A stretch of DNA of 64,000 bases, taken from the NCBI RefSeq assembly GCF_964355755.1, contig NC_092680.1, positions 682,001-746,000 on the forward strand, given 5' to 3'. Shown in pieces: positions 11,801 to 26,800 of the stretch; position 1 is the stretch's first letter; every line of letters begins with the position of its first letter. The position numbers and the translations under genes are program-made. The DNA is from Antedon mediterranea (lineage: Eukaryota; Animalia; Echinodermata). The notes beneath the pieces are model-generated. The model had not been told where the DNA came from. It worked only from the letters and a program-made list of their open reading frames with translations, and did not search any database.

Positions 11801-14800
11801 GCGCCATCATAACTACCCATAGTCACATCGAATGCTGCGGGGCCTTTCAAGATTCAAGATTCAAGAAATTTTATTTGTCCATAAAAATGGAAATTCACTT
11901 TGCTTGGTAGATTAAAACAACAATATTGCAACAATTTAAGAACGTGCAGTATTATAACAGATTAAAAATACAAGATAAAAAGTTAAAAATACTGTTAAAA
12001 ATGTAAAACTATTAAAAATTGCATTAACGTCTTACATTAGAATTAAAAATATGAATGCTATTTACAACGAAGGATTTTCTAGTTCTACAAAGATTTGCTC
12101 TTGGAGGTCGTAGCCTAATGCCTGATCTATTTAAGTTATAACAGTAATGTAACGGATGAGTGGGGTCTTTCATAATATTGTTTACTTTTTTTAGAATACT
12201 CTTTTCATATATAAATGAACAAGGCGTAAGATCAGCTTTAATAATACGTTGTGCAATTTTACGTGGTCTCTCAATATTTTTCTTATCATTTTCAGTAAAG
12301 TTACCATAAAAACATCCAATGCTAAAAGATAGAATACTTTGAATAATACTTTGATAAAATAGAATTAAAATAGTGTTATCAACTCTAATTTGCTTGAGTT
12401 TTCTGAGAAAGTAGAGCCTTTGAGATGCCTTCTTGGACATCATTAGAGAGTTTGACTCCCATTTTAATTTGTTGTCAATTATAGTACCTAAGTATTTGTA
12501 TTCGGTTACTCTTTCAACCTCGGTTTCTTTAATAATTATTACATTATGTTCAAAATCTATTATCATCTCTTTGGTTTTAGTAATATTAAGTATTAAGTTC
12601 ATATCTTCACACCAATTAACAAATCTTCCAACTTCATTAACAAATTCATTTACATTATGCTTACTATCGCAAAGAAAACCACTAATTACAGTATCGTCAG
12701 CGTATTTTACAATATTGCAATCTTTACTTAAAATATTAAAACTACTAGAATAAAAAGAGAACAAAATTGGAGAGATAACACATCCTTGAGGAGCTCCAAC
12801 ACTGGTAGATTTCTTTTGCCATGGTTGCTGTTTGTGTGATAGTACTGATTTTTTGGAATGTACGATGATGTCTCTTTCGTCGTTGGTAATATCATCGTAT
12901 CTATTAGCGAAGTCTAGTGCTTTATTCAGCAGGTCATTGCTGATAGAGGGGTAAAATTCTACGATGTCGAAGCATATAAAGTTGTGTTGTTGTTTCTTGT
13001 CGATGCTCTTAAACCATTCGATGACCGATGAGGTATTTTTCCATTGATTGGTGCGAAGTTTTGATGTAATTTTGCTGTTAATACGATCGAGTAAAGTTTT
13101 GTAATTTTTTCAGTAATTTGCCTTTGGATTTATATATTAGCAGCATTATATAAATAAATATACGTTCTTTAGCCCATATCGTCCTACTGATGGGCAAAGG
13201 CCTCTCTTAATTGGTGCCAGCTGTTCCTGTTCCTGTCTTTCGCAAATTTTGCCGTGGACCGGTCTGTCTAACGACTCATCCCTCCATCTTGAATGAGGTC
13301 TACCCCTCTTTCTTTTCTCATATAATGGTTGCCACTCCGTTGTCTATTGCGTCCATCTAGCATCGTGTATCCTTCCTAGATGCCCTGCCCACCTCCATTT
13401 TGTATATTTTGCTGTCTTTACTGCGTCGTTCATTCTTTATATACAAAATGCGTAAATACAGACTTCTTCACCTTAGCTGCTCAAGGCACTTTTTTGAACA
13501 CTTGCAAAATAGAGAAAGCTCATTGATGTTTTAAATTAAATTGTAGTAAATGTATTTGACATCATGAAATCTATTTATCATATTTGTTCTGATTTATGTA
13601 ATCCATCATAATATTTTGAATAATAATAATTTTACTATTAAAAAAAATTATTAACTTAAAAAAAATACGTGTACATAAATAAAATAAATAAATAATGTGT
13701 ACAATTTTATTGAAAATCTTTACAGTTAATTCTCGGAATTGGGATATATTCTTACTAAAGACAAATAACTATATAAAAAAAAACTATGTTATACAGTACA
13801 TGGGAATGGGTGTACATCTTATTAAAAAAATTAAATTTGATACTACAGTTAAACATTTTCGAGTCTTGATTTGGATCGCCTAATGCTATAGTCTATGTTA
13901 AACTTGAGTTGGTTAGGGAGCTTTCGAATTCCAACGACAGACGACCAAACAACCTCACATGATTGGTCGACGGTCATCGCAAATCTAAAACTTCTTAATA
14001 TATACCAAAATATCACGGAATTTGTAGGACTTTCATTATATATTTGAAAGTATAAAGTAACAAGTTGCCCTCGAATGGGAAATTTTACCCACGACTTTTA
14101 GATTACTAGTCACTAATAATAGAAATTTTTCATTTATTTTTCACATCAGCTTCAAGTTATTACAATACCTGTCCACACGACAATCAACTTGATGCGAACG
14201 AGAATGCTACGTTAGAAGTATGGGATGACCACCAGCCTAGTTTGAATGTCTCTACAGCTAATTGTAGCTTAAGGTCTACACATTCACATTCGTCATTCAA
14301 CGTTAATTGTAGGCCTACCATTGTTGGTAATGACAATTTTACGTTTTTCACTCGTGTAAAAGGTAAGTTACGTAACTATGCATTTATGTATGTGACATGG
14401 TTAAGCGTTTTCTCCTCCATGTATGTATAGAAGTCAAACATTCATGTAGGTCGTTTGTATACTGAATGTTATCTTAAAACAAATCAGAGATCCCATTTTG
14501 GAAAGAATGTTCTCGTTTTAGATTCATCATCCCTCTTCCAAAATCTAACCGTCTTACGTGCTAGAAATTCGATTGAGTGGATTTTTAAATTACAGGCCTT
14601 TTAAAATAATAGTATGCTCCTATTTTACTCCATATGTATGAGTATCCATACCTCGTAAGTAGACAGCAACAGATATTTTGTTGACCAAATAATTTGGGGT
14701 TAAACGATAACCTATACCACATCTTGTATAAAGCCACCTAATTTTACTGAATTGTAACAAATGGAATCAGGGACTCAAGTGGGAACAGTTTTTGGGATAT

Positions 14801-17800
14801 TTGCGGATTGGACTCGAACCCACGAACTAATAATAACATTTTTATTTTTACACACAAGCTTCAATTCATTACAATACTTGTCCATATGACAATTGGATTG
14901 ATGCAAGTGATAGTGTTTCGTTAACATGGGATCATCGCCAGCGCAAACATGGTAATGGCGTTGTAACGACTTGTACTTTAACGTCTGTAAGTTCGCTTTC
15001 GTCATTTAAAGTAATCTGTACCGATGATGATGATGATGATGATGAAGATTGCACGTTTTTCGCTCTTGTAAAAGGCAAGTAACTATAGCATCCACTGTAT
15101 TAGGAATGTACAGATTACCATACGATGACTGTAGATGGAAATATTAACATTTGTGGCCTGTGTGTGAAAATGTACTATTAACTGTATTATGTTACATTTT
15201 GTAGCCGCTACACATCTTAGGCGATTTGGCTTTATGTATTACATTACGTAATCAATAAGCCAGTTTATTAGAATATGGCTTGATTCTGCTGCCAAAACGT
15301 CGAGTAAGGACTTTAAGCCACATCGACACTTAATATAAATATTCTCATTCCATGTAAGCACCAGGCACGGCCTTGTGACAATTAAGCTAGAATTAAATTC
15401 ATCAACACAATTCCGCTACCGTAGTTGTTATCTTTTATTTCGACAGATAAATTTCCTGTGTATTTTCCCGTTCGATTACAACACGAGAATGATACTTGTT
15501 TTGGCCGTGTTGAAGTTTACGTTGGAGGAGTATGGGGCACGATTTGCAAAATAGGTTGGGATATAAAAGATGCAGAGGTTGCGTGTCGACAATTGGGGTA
15601 CAGAGGAGCCATGAGAGCCAAGAAATACGGTGGCGGTAGCGGATCTATATACTTTAAGTCATTTATGTGTAACGGATCTGAACACTACCTGAGTGCGTGT
15701 AAATATAGGCCTATACCCACCACTGACAATGATGACAAATGTAGTCATAGCAATGACGCTGGGGTATTATGCGTAGGTGAGTTACATTTTCCGAGAAAAC
15801 AAGAGAATATACGTTTATTCAAAATTTTTCGCATGGTCTGACGTGTACTGAGACACAATTATTAGTGTGTCTCGCATATCCATATTACACCATATCATAT
15901 TTTAATTACTTCAATTAATATTCATTTATAAAGTATTTTTGCTTTAAATTACCGTACACTTTTCAGGTAAATACATTTTTTTTTATTCAGTTTTTGGTAA
16001 AAGTGAATAACTATTATGTGACATTAAAGTGGAAAGATAATCGTCATTGTCTAGCTGATTACTTTTTTTTACTTTGTTATTACTTAAAAACCTGATGTTT
16101 CCATTGTTTTTCTAGGTCATGATATGGAAAAACAGCGTAAGATTTATACATTTTGGAAACACGCCGATTGTGTTGCAATTTTTGTTTGTATTTTGTAACT
16201 ACTACAGGAATAGAATAGTACTATTAATCTCACATCTTCACCCAAAAATGGAAACATTTTTAGGTGTGCTAAAAATCACCAAAATAGATTTACATACAGA
16301 CAGACAAATATGGGTTTTCGTAAAAATCCCTTGGCGAGTGTAAATAATAAATTCTATATTGACTATTAATAGGCTACCTGATACACTACCCGTTTTATAA
16401 CAAAAAAGTGTCCGTGTTCTTTACTAGGCCTATAGGTATTAAGTGTAAAGTAGATAAGAACAAACGTGCATTTTTGGTTGGGACTGTAGTATATTAGTGA
16501 TCGGTTTCGAATAATTTTCCTTCAACTTCTTAGTTTAACATTACATCTTTCTTTTTTGCTATCACCTTTTTTTCAATAATCAATAATAGTAATTATATGT
16601 CAAATCCATTGACTTTTCTCCCAACTAGCAGATATGCCTTATACACTTTCTCCCAATGTAGTACAATTGTTACCGTTGTTCATTGTAATGCTTTTATTAG
16701 TTCATGTCGACGTGACCTGTCCAGAAAACTTTACCATTACGACGCAAGAAAATCTAACTAGTAGAGTGATACACATACGTAACGACGGAACTTTGTCAGA
16801 GGCAACACGTATCTCATGTGACGTCATTCCTTACTCCACATACTATACTTTGGTCATTGGTCTATCGAAAAACTTGTGTTTTGATGGTGAGGTTTCTACT
16901 ACTGGCAGCTGTTTACTGTTGATATATGTTAACGGTAGGTAGCATTGTCAACTATTTCAATTCAATACGTTAGAATACAATATTTTTTCGTATTATAAAC
17001 ATATCATAATGTGAATGGAAATGGTTAAAATTACTAATCGAAATCGAAAGTTTAAGAAGGTGTTTAGTCGAATAATGCATTATGTACATTTGAGAATACT
17101 AAAACATTTGTAAGTTGTACGCGAGTGTGATCGAACCCACGAACTTCATTCGTTAAATAGAACAGCGTTACCTAATAAATATCTCCGCCTACTCTAAAAT
17201 TCCCCTTCCATTACATTCCAATTCCATACGATTCCTCCCGAAAATGTATACTTCTTTATTTTTGTGTGAATGCTGTGTGTGATTAAGATAATTTTATTGT
17301 TATTATTATTTTGTATTATTAATAATATTGTTAATTTTGTTTTACTATGAACCTACGTTACTTAAGACAGCTCAGTACTAGATCCAAGGCTATTGAAAGT
17401 TGTCTCCTAAATTTGGATCCTGGTCCGGATTGCCTCCAAATTTAACGGAGTGGTCCTTGACCCCATATCTATGTGGTTTCAATTTGGTAAAGATCTAGCA
17501 ATAATGTTTTGAGTAATCCTGCTAAAAACAACACACAGAAACACGCGATCGACTACACAACCTCTTTTGCGGAGGTAAATATTGTTGAAATAAAAATTAA
17601 CAAATATATTTGTTATTCTCTTCACAAGATGCTCTCAACAAATTCCATAAATGTCCAGCGTACATTCGAATTGATGATGTGAAGGACGAAGTTATCTTAA
17701 GAAGTAGGGGCCAGCAGCTAATCCAACGTTCGCACGAAATTAGAGCTACTTGTAATCCACTGTCTTCAAATGGAAATTCGTTTAAAGTGACCTGTATGTC

Positions 17801-20800
17801 TACCTATAATAATGATGGCTGTATGTTTTTCCCTGATATAATAGGTAAGTTATATAACTATATACTTTACAGTGCGCTCTGTTACAACATTAACAGCCGT
17901 TAATGCAGAAACACCAACTTATGTTAAATAAAAATCAACACCATGGTAATGTAACACGGACAACAGCGATTGTTGTAACGAAAATTGCCTCACAGCTGTG
18001 TCAACCTATGTCTAAATGTGTAAATACATATCTTTACTTCTATCAGTCTAACCACATCTCGTAAGCGACCGCCTTCTAAAAAGCGACCATCTGTTAAGAC
18101 CACCTACCCAAAACAGATCATAATCGACTACTCTTCCAGTAACCGCTGCCGTGGACCGTGTTTAGCCGTGAAATGTGCAAATAACCACATTTGTGCAAAC
18201 ATGGCACCCTCAAATGTGCAAATCTGTAAACATGAATGCAGTACTCCACTAATGTGCAATACGGAAGCTTCTATGCAAACATAACGCCGTTAAATGTATA
18301 AACGATCTGTTTTGACCTTAAATGACCGCTCATAATATAATAATACTGCTTATATTTCTATTAAACTCAGACAAAACAAAGCCGCATATAACGTGTCCAG
18401 CCTCTATGGAAACTGATGCGGAGTCCAATCTAACTACGGTGACATGGGATGACCCAGTGGTTAGTGACAACGTTGATATCGAAAAACTTTCAGCTACTTG
18501 TACTCCAGGAAAGGAAACTCAATTTGATATTGGTTTAACAAATGTCACGTGCATCGTGAATGACATTTTTGGTAATGAAAACAGTTGTATGTTTAGTATC
18601 AATATTAAAGGTGAGAAAATATTTACGGATACATAAACATGGCATAAGACATACATAAAACTTTATAAATAAAACAATTTTTAGGTCAAATTAAAAGAAA
18701 ATTATTAGATAAAGAATGAATAAATACAAATATATTTATTCATCAAATCAAAATAAAATAATAGTATGTACAATGATTCAGAAAATGATAAAATGGTGAA
18801 ATGGGGTCTCAGGAAACCAGCAGGTTTGAGTGATAGAGACCCCGCAAATTACTTTGAAAAAAATGATTTAATAAAAAGAGGAGAAGAAGGGAAAAGACCA
18901 AAAAATAGACAAGAAATTTGCAAATTATTTAGAAACAAAATAAACGAAAACATATATATTTATACAGTGTTGTTTATAAAAATATTATAGCAATTTTAAG
19001 ATAATATTATTTACGAAACAAGGATTTGTGTTTTACATGCATACTAATAAGTGACTGATGTAACACATGAAGGAGAGTAAATGTACAAATTAACAAAGTA
19101 ATGAAATAATGTATATTATAGGCCTATACATTATGGCTGAATCGGTTCTTATATTAAAACTATTCTTTAATCCATGGTTGGGGCGAGATTGTTAGAGGCT
19201 CGATAGTCAGCGCGTTGAGAAACGGTAAGAGTAGAAATGGTGTTAAAAAGTTGACAGGAATGAGTAGTGTAAGGAACTTGGAGAATAGTTCGGAGAGCTC
19301 TATTTTAAAGTTTCTGAATCTTAGAGATGTGACTAGGTCCCTTGAGCCCCACACCGTGATGCAGTAATCGATGTGGGGTAAGAATAAAGAATGTAGGTTG
19401 CATGTAATATAAATGATTGAGTGGACGAATAACAGGATGGGAGCTTCGAATAAATGGATGAAGAAATGAATTACCATATATTGCATATACCATTGTGGAT
19501 TTCCTTATAAAAGAAAATATATTTTAAATAAATGAGGTAGGGTCTATATAGATCTTGAAGAATCAAGATTCGATACACTGATGGGTAAATAAATGACACT
19601 GTCACTAGTAATACTGTACAAATCAAATTACCTTACTGGCATCATTTACTTAATTGATTCCTACTATTTATAGACAATAAAAAGCCGAATATAACGTGTC
19701 CAAAGTCTGTGCAAGTTAACGCATGGTCTAATCTAACTACGGTGACATGGGATGACCCAGTGGTTACTGACAACGTTGATAACGAAGGACTTTCAGCTAC
19801 TTGTGATCCAAAGAACCAATCACAATTTGAAATTGGTTTAACAAATGTCACTTGTACCGTTAATGACACTGCTGGTAATATTGGGAGTTGTATGTTTGGT
19901 GTCAACGTTACAGGTAAGAAATAGAATGTAGGTAATTGCATGTAATTGTTTATGAAAGTTAAGGCGAATTCCAGTCTAACTACGGTGACATGGGATGACC
20001 CAGTGGTTACTGACAACGTTGACATTGAGGAGCTTTCAGCTACTTTGTAGTCCAACAAACCAATCAACAATTGAAATCGGTTTAACAAATGTCACGTGTA
20101 TCGTTACTGATACTACTGGTAATACTAACAGCTGTAGGTTTGGTGTCCTAGTTAAAGGTAAGAACAAATTTACCAATAAATAAACCGATTATAGATTGGA
20201 CATTTTTAACCTACGCTTATTTAAAAAAAAGGACATACCGCTGTAAAAACAACCTAGACCTATATCTTTATGTAATTTAGAAATTTCGCATTTGAGACCA
20301 AATGGATATTACTGGATTTATAGACGAATAGATATAAAAAAAAACATATCTATAAATATTATTGTTTAATATCTATAGACAAAACAAAGCCGAATATAAC
20401 TTGTCCGGAGTCTATGCAAGTTAACGCATGGTCTAATCTAACTACGGTGATATGGGATGACCCAGTGGTTACTGATAACGTTGATTACGAAGGACTTTCA
20501 GCTACTTGTAGCCCAAGAAACGAATCTCTTTTTCAAATTGGTTTAACAAATGTCACTTGTACCGTTTATGACACTGCTGGTAATAATGACACTTGTATGT
20601 TTGGTGTCAACGTTACAGGTAAGAAATAGAATGTAGGTTACATGTAATATAAATGATTGAGTGGACAAATTAATACAGGATGGAAGTTCGAATAAATTGA
20701 TGAAGAAACGAATTACCATATAGTGCATACCATTGTACCATTTCTTTATAAAACTAGAGGGTACTCCGAGAGTACAAACCTCCGCCTACTGTAAAATTCC

Positions 20801-23800
20801 CCTACATAAAATGTCCCCGGAAAAAATATATATATATTTTTTTAAATTTTGTTTATTAGTTTTAAGTGTAAATAGGCTAACTGCACACTACGACGTTGTA
20901 GATGAGAGTTTGGTATAATGGTTATGTATCCAGCCTCTCACAATTGAGATCGCTGGTTCAAATCCCACTGAGGTTTTTTTTTTAATTATTATTATTTTTT
21001 TTTTGTGGACCTTGATCTTTGACCCTGACCCTTCTAAATTTAACCACAATTATATGATGAGTCATTGATCATTGTGGCTAAGTTTGGTGAGATTTGAATA
21101 AAAACTGTGGTCTCTAGGCAGTAAAATAGTTTTTATTAGTTGTGACCTTGACCTATGACCTTTTTCCTTTCAAATTCGAACTCGTCCGAGCTTTTGAGGC
21201 ATAGATAATTGTGGCCACATTTGGTGAGAATCGGATAAAAATTGTGGCCTCCAGGCTGTTCACAGGCACACCCCCACACACACACCCCAACACACGCACA
21301 CAACCTCCTTGGCGGAGGTAATAAAACACATTTTAAATAAATGAGGTAGGGTCTATATAGATCTTGAAGATCTAGACAATACAAAGCCGAATATAACGTG
21401 TCCAGAAGTATAATCTAACTACAATGACATGGAGTGACCCAGTGGTTATCTCTATGGACTCGGTGATTTAACGAATAAACTATTTTATTCTATTTAGTTT
21501 TTACTGCTTAATTTTCTTTCAAACTCAGACAATACAAAGCCGAACATCACTTGTCCAAAGTCTATGGACGTTGATGCGAAGTTCAATCTAACTACGGTGA
21601 CATGGGATGACCCAGTGGTTATTGACAACGTTGATACCGAAGGACTATTGGCTACTTGTAGTCCAAGAAACCAATCACAATTTGAAATTGGTTTAACACA
21701 TGTCACTTGTACCGTTTATGACACTGCTGGTAATAATGACACTTGTATGTTTTACATCCGAGTTGCAGGTAAGAGTAACGATCGATTAATAAAGAAATAT
21801 TATTATTACAATTAATCGACAATGTATGAAGACATAATAGCTATGCATATATTCTGGACAGCAATTTTGAAAAATAGATCTGCTGGTCTCCAGAAAATGG
21901 CACTTTAGATGAGTTGAAATTATATGAAACAAACAATATAAGACTTACCAATCACAATTTTGAAAAATAGAGCTGCCAGAATGTTGTACCCCACTCCAGC
22001 CAGTCACAGATTGCAACTCCCTCCTCTCTATCTTCAAGTATACTTGTTTGAAGAGATTCGTAGGAATATGTCACTTTGCAATTTCGAACTACTTTAGTAA
22101 AATTGAAAAGTGAGTGGTTGAGTGTGTGATTTCTATTTTTTTTTACTGCTTAATTTTCTTTCAAACTCAGACAACACAAAGCCAAACATAATGTGTCCAG
22201 AATATATGCAAATTGACGCGGAGTCCAATCTAACAACGGTGACATGGGATGACCCAGTGGTTACTCACAATGTTGATAACGAAGGACTTTCAGCTACTTG
22301 TAGCCCAAGAAACGAATCTCTTTTTCAAATTGGTTTAACAAATGTTACTTGTACCGTTAATGACACTGCTGGTAATAATGACACTTGTATGTTTGGTGTC
22401 AACGTTACAGGTAAGAAATAGAATGTAGGTTGCATGTAATATAAATGATTGAGTGGACGAATTAATACAGGATGGAAGTTCGAGAATAAATTTATGAAGA
22501 AACGAATGATCATATAGTGCATATACCATTGTACCATTTCCTTATAAAATAAAACACATTTTAAATAAATGAGGTAGGGTTTATATAGATCTTGAAGAAT
22601 CAAGATTCGATACACTGATGGGTTAATAAGTAACACTGTCACTGGTCACCGGTGCACTGGTAATACAGTACAAACAAAATTACCTTACTGGCATCATTTA
22701 CTTAATTGATTCCTACTATGTATAGACAATACAAAGCCGAATATAACTTGTCCAGAGTCTGTGCATTTTGATGTGAAGTACAATCTATCTACTGTGACAT
22801 GGGATGACCCAGTGGTTATCTCTATGGACACGGTCAAGCTCAGTGATTTAACGAATAAACTACTTTATTCTATTTAGTTTTTACTGCTTAATTTTCTTTC
22901 AAACTCAGACAATACAAAGCCGAACATAACGTGTCCAGAGTATATGAACATTGGTGCGGAGTCCAGTCAAACTACGGTGACATGGGATGACCCAGTGGTT
23001 ACTGACAACGTTGACATTAAAACACTTTCAGCTACTTGTGATCCAAAGAACCAATCACAATTTGAAATTGGTTTAACAAATGTTACTTGTATCGTTTATG
23101 ACACTGCTGGTAATAATGACACTTGTATGTTTGGTATCAACGTTACAGGTAAGAAATAGAATTTAGGTTACATGTAATATAAATGATTGAGTGGACGAAT
23201 TAATACAGGATGGAAGTTCGAATAAATTGATGCAGAAATGAATGGCCATATGCATATACTAAAAGAGTAGGCTATTATGCCATTTCCTTATAAAAGAAAA
23301 CACATTTTAAATAAATAATGTAAATAAATGAGGTAGGGCCTATATAGATCTTGAAGAATCAAATTATTCGATACACTGATGGGTAAATAAATAAGACTGT
23401 CACTAGTAATACAGCACAAATCAAATTGACCATATGCCATAATTTACTTAATTGATTCCTACTATTTATAGATGATATCAAGCCGAATATAACTTGTTTA
23501 GAGTTTATGGAAGTTTATGCGAAGGCCAATCTAACTACGGTGACATGGAGTGACCCAGTGGTTAGTGACAACGTTGCTATTGTAGGACGAGCTACTTGTC
23601 GTCCAGGAAAGGAATCTCCGTTTAAAATTGGTTTAACAAATGTGATATGCAATGTTAATGACATTGCTGGTAACCATGACAGCTGTATGTTTGATGTCAT
23701 AGTTACAGGCAAGTAAATATCGATCAATACACTATATTGTTCAAATTAATGGACATTCATGCTATACATGTATTAACAGATAATTAATATATAAGGAATG

Positions 23801-26800
23801 GTAAACGGATGTTATATAGGCCTAGGCCTAAATAAATGAAAAGTGAGTGGCAGGTGGAAGTGTGAGTTAACATTTAGTTTATACTAAAATATAGCTTGCT
23901 TTTTTTTAAACTCAGACAATACAAAGCCGAATATAACGTGTCCAGAGTCTGTGCAAGTTAACGCATGGTCTAATCTAACTACGGTGACATGGGATGACCC
24001 AGTGGTTACTGACAACGTTGATACCAAAGGACTTTTGGCTACTTGTAGTCCCGGAAAGGAATCTCCGTTTGAAATTGGTTTAACAAATGTCACTTGTACC
24101 ATTTTTGACACTGCTGGTAATAATGAAACTTGCATGTTTGATGTCATTGTTACGGGTAACTATATGATTACAATTATTTATATCTTTTGGTACTTCTCGC
24201 AATTACTCATTTTTATTTTTTTTTTAGCAATATTATTATTATTTTTTGTTCATTGTATCTTACTCTTTTATGGACTCGGGCAGGCTCAGTAGTTTAACCG
24301 GATGCGATTTTTTTTCGTCCATAATTTGGGGACCACTTATGTGAAAGATAGGCGATCTACTTCCATCGACTACACAGACGGCTCGACAAAAAGCGTTTGC
24401 ATTTGTGAATTGTAGTTTGCTCAATTCTTACGTTACACCTTATGGATATGGCTAATGAATATTCATGTTCATTTTGTGACGTTTCATGTGGGGTCTCCAA
24501 TTTATGTACGAAAAGAAATATCGTTACCCGTATGACCTACATGAAAGTGAGTGATATTAACCAATATTCACGGGTAAATAATTAAACCCGTCATTACAGA
24601 TTGTACAGAGTACGAAACAACTGGATTTAGCTGTTCAGATCCTACTACTGAGGTTAGTATTCGAGTATGTACGCGTTAAGCGTGGTTCCCACTAGAGACG
24701 CAACGAAAGTGCTATATTGCGTAATCACAAGTGGGAACTGACGACGCAACAGTGCTGCAAACATCGCAGGTTTGATTTCATGCAGGCGGGAGTAAACACA
24801 ATTATTGGAAGGGCATTTGCTTATGTTGCGTATCTAGTGGGAACCAAGCTTAAAATCCTATTTAGCCTATAATCATACAATGCATTTAAGATGCAATTCC
24901 AATGCCGTTTGCGACATATACAATAAGTTTTTTTTAAATATTAAATTCTTTATTTTCAAAATTGATTATTCATCAGGCACATTATTTGCGTTCTGTATGA
25001 CTGTCCAAATCAAGTAATGTTTAGTTAAATAAAAAAACTCATAAAATTGTCATTCTGTTGACAAAATACAACATTTCCAAGGTGACTAGCGATACATTTC
25101 ATGTGTGTAAATTCTCGTGTGTTTTCTTTTAGAACCAAATTGTGAATGATTTCAAGGAGTTTGAAATGCAGGTGTTTTCTCAACTAGAAGACATAAAAAT
25201 AAACAAAGAACTAGTATTTGAAGAAAAAAATTATGGTGAGGAATATTTTTCATATACTATTACTAAGTTGTATACACATAGCATACAGTGAGAGTAAAGC
25301 CTTGCCTACATTATCAAACTTTATGTGACAAACAAATTTGATGTGCCCATATTTAGGAATATCACTACCATATTTGGGCACATTTTTTTTTCAAATTACG
25401 TTAATACTATCCACTTTCAATGTTTTAACAACAATGGGAAAATAATATAATAATATTGTTGAAAGTTTAATTTCCACTTACTTCCAAAAATATTTCTTTC
25501 AAAAATGTTTGCTAGTAACTGAGATTGTACCTCGAGATGGATATGAACCAATTATAGGCCCTCTGGGCCTAATCGACTCCTTGTACCTCGAGATGGATAT
25601 GAACCAATTATAGGCCCACTGGACCTAATCTACTCCTTGTACCTCGACTCCTTATAGGCCCACTCTACTCATTGTACATCAAAATACAGTAACTCATTTC
25701 TGCAGAACTCGTGGTGATACGTGTAACTATTTGTTATTTCTCACTTTTCTAGTTGGACTTGCTAAAGTACAGAAAGCTAACGGTAGTGAATTGATAAGAG
25801 GTGAAATGAACCTTTATAATGAAAGTAACATGGCGTTTACTCTTGAAATACAAAGCAATAAAGAAGGTAGGTTTAACTCTTAAATATCATTGTTACTATT
25901 TTTCGGCTTTGTGAAAGTGTCCATTAGGCGAGATCTTTCAACTTTGTCTAAAGAAAAACATATACAATATATTGATGGTTCATTGAGTGTCATACATTAA
26001 TAGAAGCCAGAAGAAAATGTTTTTACTAATATACAATATATTATTATTTATATCTTGAATGTAGCATGATTGGTATTAAAAAATAAGATATTATAATAAA
26101 ACTCTGCGGAATTGCATAAAGATGGAAGAATATTTTATTTTATTTTTGTTTACACTTTAGTTGACTTACTTGTTATTGCAACATGGAGTTATAACCAAAT
26201 TACCAAAAACAAGACTGTAAACGAAAGCGTTTATATTAATGAATTGTGAGTTGTTTTTTTAATTTAGGGGCAACTGACTCTTTGAGTTAGGCCCTATAGT
26301 TTTTTTTTTTATTTAGTTGCCCCTGACCATTGTGCTTTGCTTCTGTTCTGTTCTGTATTATTTTAATGTTTATTTGTCGAATGAAATGAAAATGAAATAA
26401 ATAAGGCATCGTGGCTTCTGCAGCAACCTCATGCCGAGAAATATGCAGACCCTGTACTTTCTCATTGTTTTAGTTTCAAATATAATAATACAGATATTAT
26501 ATTAAAACAGGGAAAACTTACTCTATTTTATAAACTTTAACTATTCTTTCAAAATATAATTGATAACTTCTTAAATCATGATTAAAATAGGCCTATTATT
26601 GATATTATTATTATTGATGGTATTAATGTAAATCTGTATATGTAGTTTAAACCTTATAAATACACTTTACCTTGACTGTTTAAATATACCCATATCGTCA
26701 ACAAATAAATATGTTTTATTCATGATTATTTAGGAAAGAAGACAAGGCTGAATTTCGCTATTTGACGGAGATGTTCTCATGCAGTGTTTACATTATCGGA

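Larger units (their letters stand above)
7500..13101 (-). mobile_element. Penelope-like retroelement copy 2, split into three pieces (7500-8502, 11401-11848, 12810-13101) by two LINE insertions
   Basis: The pieces rejoin in frame: FDIVEFYPSI...PWQKK|GPAAFDVTMGSYDGAE...LYRDDGL...QAAPVY|QKTLNDSGY...then the GIY-YIG ORF 7732-8259. Hammerhead at 7598-7646. Confidence 0.9.

Noticed and set aside
19642-24147. Minus-strand ORFs overlapping HYR exons (also 60327-62370)
   Set aside because: Antisense shadows of the repeated + strand exons with no independent splice or domain evidence.
24977-25013. Possible micro-exon (catcag...gtaatg) in the GAIN region
   Set aside because: It has a TGA in the required phase-0 frame. 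Neighbouring exons join in frame without it, and gene 2 has no counterpart.
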